NCBI GenBank assembly: GCA_038882955.1
Contig: JAVZNC010000003.1
Span: 96,001 to 160,000, forward strand
Direction of reading: 5' to 3'
DNA from: Candidatus Bathyarchaeia archaeon
Lineage (GTDB): Archaea; Thermoproteota; Bathyarchaeia; Bathyarchaeales; Bathycorpusculaceae
Length of the DNA: 64,000 bases
Shown: piece after piece, positions 58,982 through 64,000 of the stretch
How positions within the stretch are numbered: position 1 is the first letter of the stretch
Layout: each line of letters opens with the position of its first letter
Made by a program: the position numbers and the translations under genes
The notes under the pieces: generated by a model
Seen by the model: only the letters and a program-made list of their open reading frames with translations
What the model was told of the DNA's origin: nothing
Databases searched by the model: none

Positions 58982-60505
58982 ATGCTTGAACTACGAGAAC
59001 AAGAACACAAAACGCTGTTGACTCTGGAAAAACTCGAAGGGAAGGCTTCACTTGAACAAATAGTGAAGGAAAGCGTATTGCCAGACTCTGCAGTCATGCG
59101 CGCAGCCCTAACTCTGAAGGAAAAAGGACTCCTAAAAATCACGGAGGAAAAGCGAACAATTGCAACACTCACAAGCGAAGGACTAGAGTACGCAAAGAAG
59201 GGGCTTCCAGAACGCAGAATCCTAAACGCACTTTACAGTTTAGGCGGAAAAGCCAAAATAGCGCAAATCGTAGAAAAAGCTGGAATTCCAGTCAAAGCCG
59301 TTCCTCTGGCTTTGGGTTGGATTATAAAAAAGAATTGGGCTGCTTTAAACAAGGAAAAGAACATATTGGCTTTAATAGAAGATACACGTGTAAAAAAGCC
59401 GCCGAAGGGTAGCGACGAAAAACTTTTGGAGCTTCTGGCGGACAAAGGCAGAATAATAATAGAAGAAGTTGAGAAAAGCCTTCAAGAGGCTGCAGATGTT
59501 CTAAAAAGACGCAAACTCTTGGAAACAAGAGAAAAGGTGCTCTACGAATTTAAAATTACAGATGAGGGACGCAAACTGCTCAAAAAAGGCGTAAAAGCCG
59601 CAGAAGAAGTTACACAGCTCACGCCAGAACTAATAATGACTGGAAAATGGCGCCAAACAAAACTCCGAAAATTCGACGTCACTGCACCTGGACCAGCGGT
59701 TTATCCAGGCAAGGTTCACCCGCTACAACAGATTATCCAACGCGCCCGCGAAATCTTCTTGGAAATGGGTTTCACGGAGATTCGCGGACCGCTTGTTGAA
59801 ACTGCCTTCTGGAACTTTGATGCCCTATTTCAGCCGCAGGACCATCCAGCCAGAGAGATGATGGACACGTTTTACTTGGCTAGTCCAAATGCCGGCAGGC
59901 TGCCCTCAAAAGTTATCGTGGATGCAGTTGCGAAGGTGCATGAGAACGGTTGGACAACTGGTTCTAAGGGTTGGCGTTACAAGTGGAGCCACAAAGAAGC
60001 GCGTAGGCTTGTTTTGAGGACGCACACAACTGCTGAGACGATAAAGTATTTGGCAACACACAAGAAGCCGCCCATAAAAGTGTTTTCCGTGGACAGGGTT
60101 TACAGGAACGAGCAGGTAACATACAAACACTTGGCGGAGTTCCACCAAATTGAAGGCATAGTTGTCGGCGAGAAAGTTACACTTCGCGATTTAATGGGGA
60201 CACTGAAAACCTTCTACGCAAAGTTTGGACTAGAAAAGATAGAGTTTTGGCCAAGCTACTTCCCATACACTGAACCTTCAGCCCAAGCTGTGGCTTACCA
60301 TCCCAAGCTTAAGCGTTGGATTGAACTCTGCGGAATGGGCATGTTCAGACCAGAAGTTCTAGCGCCGATGGGAATAAAGTATCCGGTTCTTGCGTGGGGA
60401 GGGGGACTTGAACGCTTAGCAATGATTGAGCTTGGCGTGGACGACATCAGAATGCTTTATGGAAACCGTTTAGACTGGATTAGGAGGACGCCCATATGCC
60501 TGTAA
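58982..60505 (+). CDS. pheS: Phenylalanyl-tRNA synthetase alpha subunit
   Basis: WNFDALFQPQDHPAR, LRTHTT, FHQIEG, FPYTEPS, GGGLERL. Confidence 0.97.
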   Translation: MLELREQEHKTLLTLEKLEGKASLEQIVKESVLPDSAVMRAALTLKEKGLLKITEEKRTIATLTSEGLEYAKKGLPERRILNALYSLGGKAKIAQIVEKAGIPVKAVPLALGWIIKKNWAALNKEKNILALIEDTRVKKPPKGSDEKLLELLADKGRIIIEEVEKSLQEAADVLKRRKLLETREKVLYEFKITDEGRKLLKKGVKAAEEVTQLTPELIMTGKWRQTKLRKFDVTAPGPAVYPGKVHPLQQIIQRAREIFLEMGFTEIRGPLVETAFWNFDALFQPQDHPAREMMDTFYLASPNAGRLPSKVIVDAVAKVHENGWTTGSKGWRYKWSHKEARRLVLRTHTTAETIKYLATHKKPPIKVFSVDRVYRNEQVTYKHLAEFHQIEGIVVGEKVTLRDLMGTLKTFYAKFGLEKIEFWPSYFPYTEPSAQAVAYHPKLKRWIELCGMGMFRPEVLAPMGIKYPVLAWGGGLERLAMIELGVDDIRMLYGNRLDWIRRTPICL

Positions 60506-62157
60506 TCACGCTTAACGTGGGAAGATTCTCAAAATTCATGAACAGAAAAGTGACGGTTAAAGACTTGGTTGGATGGCTTCCATGGATAGGCTTTGACGTA
60601 GAGGAGACTGGCGAAGACTACGTTAAGGTTGAATACAACCCAAACCGCATTGACTATTGCAGCTACGCTGGGGTGGCAAGAGCGCTAAAAGGCTTTTTGG
60701 AAATTGAAACTGGAATGCCAAGGTACAAGACTGAAGAACCAAAAACCACGCTGATAATCGACGAGGCTGTTGCTGAAGTTAGACCATACATGCTTGCCGC
60801 CGTGGTTCGCAACATAAAACTCGACGAGGACGCGGTTGTCGAGCTTATGGAGATGCAAGAGGACTTGCACTGGGGGCTTGGCAGAGACCGCAAAAAAGTT
60901 TCAATTGGAATACACAACCTCGACGTTATTAAGCCGCCGTTCACTTACACGGCTGTTGCGCCGGAAAGCGTCAAGTTTGTTCCTTTAGGAAAAACAGAAG
61001 AAATGAACTTGAAGGAAATTTTGGAAAGGCATGAGAAGGGCATAGCTTATAGGCATTTGATAGACTGGGCGCCGCGTTATCCACTGCTAATTGACAGTCA
61101 AAAAAATGTTCTTTCAATGCCTCCAATAATAAATGGAGAACTAACAAGAGTCAGCGCTGAAACGCAAAATCTCTTTTTGGATGTTACTGGCATAAGTTTT
61201 GAGGCTGTCGAAAAGAGCCTAAACATTCTCGTTGCGGCTCTGGCCGATATGGGCGGAAAAATAGAGAAAGTAAACGTGAAAACCGCTGAAGGCACTATGG
61301 TTTCGCCAAGACTTGCGCCTGAAAAGATGCGTTTAAGGGTTGAATATGCGAATAGGCTTCTTGGATTGAAACTTTCGGAAAAAGAAGCAATAAGATGCCT
61401 ACAAAAATGCAGGTTGGACGCGGAAAAAGTCGGCAACGGAGCTTTGGAGGTGACGGTGCCGCCATACAGAGCCGACATATTACATGAGGTGGATTTGGTT
61501 GAGGAAGTAGCTATAGGATATGGCTATTATAGACTCAAACCGACAATACCCGCCGCCGTAACGGTTGGAGAACCGCATCCAGCACATGCGTTGGCGAATA
61601 TTGCACGCCAAATAATGGTTGGCTTGGGCTTTTTGGAAATGATGAACTTCACGTTAACAAATGAACGAGTGCACTATCAAATGATGCACATAAAAGAGCA
61701 GAAACCAGTGAAACTTGCGAATCCGGTTTCAGCGGAATACTCCATAATGCGTCAGTGGCTCTTGCCGGGGCTTATGAAAAATCTAGCTGAAAATAAGCAT
61801 GAGAGTTTCCCGCAACGGCTTTTTGAAGTTTCAGACGTAACGAGAATAAACGCGAAACTGGAAACAATGTGTGAACGAAGACTTCACCTTGCAGCGGTTT
61901 CGTCCCACGCCACAGCCAACTTCACAGAAATAAAATCCTTCACTGAATCTTTTCTCGCGAACATGGGACTGAAGAACTGGCAAATCAAAGCTGCAAAGCA
62001 TCCAAGCTTCATAGAAGGCAGAACGGCAGCCATCCACGTAAAAGGCAAAAAGCGGGGCTTTCTAGGCGAAGTTCATCCAGAAGTTCTAAACAACTTCGAA
62101 ATCGAAAATCCTACAGCAGCCTTCGAAATAGACTTGGAATGGTGCATTTTGGGCTAA
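60496..62157 (+). CDS. pheT: Phenylalanyl-tRNA synthetase beta subunit
   Basis: NPNRID, SMPPIING, YRADILHEVDLVEEVAIGYGY, GEVHPEVL. Confidence 0.97.
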   Translation: MPVITLNVGRFSKFMNRKVTVKDLVGWLPWIGFDVEETGEDYVKVEYNPNRIDYCSYAGVARALKGFLEIETGMPRYKTEEPKTTLIIDEAVAEVRPYMLAAVVRNIKLDEDAVVELMEMQEDLHWGLGRDRKKVSIGIHNLDVIKPPFTYTAVAPESVKFVPLGKTEEMNLKEILERHEKGIAYRHLIDWAPRYPLLIDSQKNVLSMPPIINGELTRVSAETQNLFLDVTGISFEAVEKSLNILVAALADMGGKIEKVNVKTAEGTMVSPRLAPEKMRLRVEYANRLLGLKLSEKEAIRCLQKCRLDAEKVGNGALEVTVPPYRADILHEVDLVEEVAIGYGYYRLKPTIPAAVTVGEPHPAHALANIARQIMVGLGFLEMMNFTLTNERVHYQMMHIKEQKPVKLANPVSAEYSIMRQWLLPGLMKNLAENKHESFPQRLFEVSDVTRINAKLETMCERRLHLAAVSSHATANFTEIKSFTESFLANMGLKNWQIKAAKHPSFIEGRTAAIHVKGKKRGFLGEVHPEVLNNFEIENPTAAFEIDLEWCILG

Positions 62158-62195
62158 TTTCATAAACCGTATTCATTGGTGTTATTCTAACAACA

Positions 62196-63386
62196 TTATT
62201 TTTTGCATGCTTGCGTACAAGATGCAAAATGTGCTTTACAAGTTTTAACTTTCCTTTTTCTGCATATTGCCACAGCCAAAAAAGCCAATGCCACAAATAT
62301 TGTTAAGATTAGGTTTGTTTGGAATTCTGGAATCATGAATGGTAATTGTATTGTGACTTGCTGGTTTGCAGTCATGTTTACCTGTTGTTGTCCAGCGTTG
62401 GTTTCGTAGGTGGCTGTTACTGTATAGTTTCCAACGGGATATTCGCCTGTGGCGTTAACCATTTTCTCCATTAATGTTAATCTTGCCCAACCATTTGTAT
62501 CGGTTAGTTCGGAATCTGCAATTGAATTGTCTGGGTAATAGGCTGTTACGTTTGCGTCTGGAACATCTGCGCTGTTCGCGTCTATAACGTGTGTGTCTAG
62601 ATACCAAAGTATGAAAAGTTGCGAACTGTCGTATAGGTTTCTCTCTGTGAAAGAGGAGTTCGTCAGCCAAACTACAGTTTCATTGTATGCGTTAATTCTC
62701 TGAATCGTAGAATCCAAAACATGCTGTTGAGAACCATCGCGAGCAGCCAACGCTGTTAATGTGCACTCGTAAATCCAAGTAACTCCGCTTGCGTACGTGT
62801 TTGAAACAAAAATTTGACTGTTGTGGATGTGAATTTCTCCAGAATAAACATTCAAATCATTGATGGAAGAATTAAAAATGAAAGTGCCGTTTCCGAATAC
62901 GCTTAAGCCACGGGTGCTAAAGTTATAGAAACTTGCTGTGGAAACTGTTCCTATTGAAAGCCAACAGTAGGCTGTTGGTTGCGCTCCTACAAATTGAGAA
63001 TCATAAACAATGGTTGAGCTGTTACTCCCCAGATTTATGGAATACTTGTAATTTGATATTATTGTTGTGTTTGTGACTTGTAATCGCGGAATCCCGTCAA
63101 GCGGGTTCCTCAAGGTCAAGTTATATTGCCAGTCACTAGACTGTGTAAAGTTCACCACGGCATCTCGTAGTATAAGCGTAGCGTTTTCTTCAACAATTAC
63201 ACTTCCATTTATATGAAAATCGCCCTCAATAACATAAACATCATTGCCCCCTAAAATTAGGTCTCCTTGATAAGGAACCGCGCCCTCGTCTACAAGACCA
63301 GTATTTACGACTTGCGCATGAACAACGAAACATACAAGAAAAACTGAAATAAAAAGCAAAGCAAAAGAGGTTGCAGCAAACTTCAT
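62196..63386 (-). CDS. Secreted beta-helix / carboxypeptidase-regulatory-like domain protein with PEF-CTERM-like anchor
   Basis: Signal peptide after GGAGG, beta-helix-like repeats, TDTNGWA, MIPEFQ + TM + basic tail. Confidence 0.85.
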   Translation of the reverse strand: MKFAATSFALLFISVFLVCFVVHAQVVNTGLVDEGAVPYQGDLILGGNDVYVIEGDFHINGSVIVEENATLILRDAVVNFTQSSDWQYNLTLRNPLDGIPRLQVTNTTIISNYKYSINLGSNSSTIVYDSQFVGAQPTAYCWLSIGTVSTASFYNFSTRGLSVFGNGTFIFNSSINDLNVYSGEIHIHNSQIFVSNTYASGVTWIYECTLTALAARDGSQQHVLDSTIQRINAYNETVVWLTNSSFTERNLYDSSQLFILWYLDTHVIDANSADVPDANVTAYYPDNSIADSELTDTNGWARLTLMEKMVNATGEYPVGNYTVTATYETNAGQQQVNMTANQQVTIQLPFMIPEFQTNLILTIFVALAFLAVAICRKRKVKTCKAHFASCTQACKK

Positions 63387-64000
63387 ATACTTTCCTCCAA
63401 AGCCTACTTGCTTTAGTGCTTCTAACCTCCGCGACGTATCGAACGCGTTTATATAAATTTTCACTTATTTCTTTGTGAGTGTTACATTCATACACGCATA
63501 AGCCAAGTCACATGCGGACCAGCACAAGTATAATTGGACTCGCCAAAATTTCTAGGAGAGGGAGGGGGTAGAGAAAATAAGCTGAAAAACAGTCTTAAAT
63601 TCCAACCAAAACTAAACAAACATGACCAGCACCAGCGGAAACAGCAACATTTAATTCCACAATAGCGAAAGACTATTTTGGCAATGACCACCAATTATGC
63701 GAGCCTAAATGCAATCCCGCCGGCAACACCATGCAGACGGACCCAACAGAGGCAAAAAGCCATTGACAGCGGGTTTACCCAAGCATGGGACACGGTGGGC
63801 GCGGGCGCAAAAATCCCACGCCAGAGAGAGCTTAACAAAGAGGAGCGCACTGCTCCACAATGAAGTTAAGTGATAGGTAACGTGGGAAACAAACGCCCGC
63901 GAAACAACTTTTAAGTTTGGCTTTTGCATTAGGGATGTAGAAGGCTTGATGAAGCTTGGACATAGAAACGAAGATTGATTTAGTTAAGAAACCGCCAACA

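Overview
Archaeal chromosomal window, most consistent with Bathyarchaeia (inferred from a complete Cdv/ESCRT-III division operon, HdrA-MvhD fusion, unlinked 5S rRNA, a multi-intron tRNA and PEF-CTERM-like surface proteins). It is mostly housekeeping: cdv operon, nucS, nre, ppa, glpX, map, trpS, pheST, transporters, five tRNAs (Asp, Leu, Thr, Pro, Trp) and 5S rRNA. Two small integrase-free islands are each bounded by a duplicated tRNA 3' end. One, at tRNA-Leu, carries a 1324-aa modular surface metalloprotease-like gene. The other, at tRNA-Trp, carries a DCD-domain methyltransferase, a BsaWI-like endonuclease and an HhH glycosylase-like gene. The best candidate for an undescribed system is a five-gene locus between tRNA-Trp and 5S rRNA with two paralogous AbiEii/MenT-like nucleotidyltransferases, a metallophosphoesterase, an APC transporter and a membrane protein. 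Non-coding signals read by eye: a box C/D sRNA probably guiding the 23S Cm2498-equivalent methylation, a tRNA-Trp intron with two self-targeting antisense guides plus a second non-canonical intron, and a ~130-nt strand-specific hairpin downstream of cdvC. All calls come from motif recognition by eye; no database searches were run.
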